Positions 62,385 to 64,000 of a stretch of 64,000 nucleotides of DNA are shown here, one piece after another. Origin of the DNA: Stegostoma tigrinum (Eukaryota); NCBI RefSeq assembly GCF_030684315.1, contig NC_081355.1:99682472-99746471 (forward strand), read 5' to 3'. Under the pieces are notes generated by a model. The model did no database searches and was not told where the DNA came from. It saw only the letters and a program-made list of their open reading frames with translations. Both the position numbers and the translations under genes were made by a program. Numbering within the stretch: the first letter of the stretch is position 1; every line of letters starts with the position of its first letter.

Positions 62385-63920
62385 GCTGTAGTCAGTGAAA
62401 TGATGTCACCTGCCCCAACAGCATCGGGTACTCCTTTACCCACTGCCACAGATGTCAGGTCGGCCTTCTTGGGGGTAAACCCATGGAAAGCCACTGGTCC
62501 AGATGGAATCCCAGCCAGGCGCTCAGATCCTTCCTGGATCAGTTGGTGTGAGCATTTGCAAACATCTTGAACCCACTTTACTATGATATGAGGTTCTCAC
62601 CTGCTTCAAACAGGCCACTATCATCCCAGTGCCAGAAACAAAAGAATCAGGCAATGCGCTTTAATGACTACTGCCCGGTGGCTCTGACACCCATTCTAAT
62701 GAAGAGCTGTGAGAAGTTAGTCATGGTACTCGTCAACTCCAGCCTCCCATATTGCCTTGATCCACTACAATTTGTCCACCATCACAATAGGTTCACAGCA
62801 GATGCTCTCTTCTGAGCACTACACTCATCCCTCAACCTTCTGGTTAACAAGGACACCTATGTCAGACTCCAATTTATTGACTTTAGCTCCACATTTCACA
62901 CCATAATTCAAACAAAACTCATCTCCAAACTCCAAGTCCTAGGACTCTGTTCCACCCTCTGCAACTGGATCTTTGACTTCCTCACCCACAGACCACAATC
63001 AGTAAGGATAGGTGACAACACCTCCTCCACATTGGTCCTCAACACTGGTGACCCACAAGGCTGCTTTACTACACTCCTTTATCAGCTCTAACCCCATTTA
63101 CAAATTTTGTGATAACACCACTGTAGTGGGTCAGCTCTCAAACAACAACAAGACAGAGTACACAAAGGAAATAGACAGCTTAGTGACATGGTGAAAAGGC
63201 AACAATATTTCCCCCATTGCCAGCAAAACCAAGGAGCTGGTCATCAACTTCAGGAAGCGGAGTGGAGAACACACTATGTCTACATTAATGATACTGAAGT
63301 GGAGGCAGTTGAGTGCTTCAAGCTCTTAGGAGTAGCTATCACTAATGATCTATCGTAGTCCATCCACGTCGATCCTACGGTCAAGAAAACACACCAATGC
63401 CACCACTTCCTCAGAGGTCCACCATGACCACAATGACTTGTACAAATTTTTATAGATGTACCATAGAAAGCATCCTATCTGCATGCACCACAATCTGGTG
63501 TGGCAACTGCTCTGCTCGGATCACAAGAAATAACAGAGGGCTGTGAAGGCAGCCCGGTCTATCAGAAAAACCAACCTTCCTTCCACTGATTCTATCTATA
63601 TTTCCGACTGCCTCAGGAAAACAGCCAACATAATCAAAGACACCCCCCTCCAACCCCTGTTATACTCTCTTCAACCCTCTTCCATTGGACAGAAAATACA
63701 AAAGTTTGAAAACACATACCAACAGATTTAAGAATAGTGTCTTCCCCACTGTTATCAGGAGTACTAACAGGCTTCTCATATATTAGAGGTGATCTTTTTC
63801 TGCACATTCTCTGTAGCTATAACACTATATTCTGCATTTGGTTCTATTACCCTGATGTTCTTACGTAAGGTATTATTTGTCTGGTTAGACACAAAACAAT
63901 GTTTTTCATTGCATCTCAGT
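62385..63920 (+). mobile_element. Rex1/Babar-clade LINE, 5'-truncated, decayed
   Basis: VNPWKATGPDGIP, NDYCPVALTPILMKSCEKLV, LDPLQF, FIDFSS, KFCDNTTVVG (KFADDTTVVG), KTKELVINFRK, YRCTIESILS; tail aaaacaatgtttttcattgcatctcagta. Confidence 0.9.
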
Positions 63921-63949
63921 ATTTGAAAATAAGGTCTTAGTAAAAATTT

Positions 63950-64000
63950 GTGGTCGAGTTGTGGATGCAGTTGTTTGTTAGCTCACTGAGCCAGTTGTTC
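63950..64000 (-). mobile_element. Possible 3' tip of another Poseidon-type PLE, cut by the window edge
   Basis: gctcactgagc and flanks resemble the terminus at 35297-35330. Confidence 0.4.

Overview
Vertebrate, repeat-rich, gene-poor window with one assembly gap (59667-60269). The repeat complement points to an elasmobranch, probably a carpet or bamboo shark (inference): HE1-type V-SINEs, HER1/CR1 LINEs, Deu-domain SINEs, Rex1 and several Penelope-like element (PLE) families. I found no recognisable host coding exon. Every ORF I can identify is a decayed retroelement ORF (PLE RT/GIY-YIG, CR1 esterase/endonuclease/RT, Rex1 RT). Main signals: (1) PLE termini carrying minimal type-I hammerhead ribozyme motifs, from several families; (2) very short palindromic PLE-terminus insertions with 14-15 bp target-site duplications, where two different families both leave a 34-nt unpaired tail and one folds back exactly at the ribozyme CUGANGA box; (3) three local duplications of about 210-340 bp that copy sequence from less than 1.2 kb away (two inverted, one direct), two of which visibly interrupt older CR1 copies; (4) a CR1 with twin-priming-like geometry and a 21-bp micro-inversion. 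All alignments and counts were done by eye. Repeat family names come from recalled consensus sequences, not from a database search.
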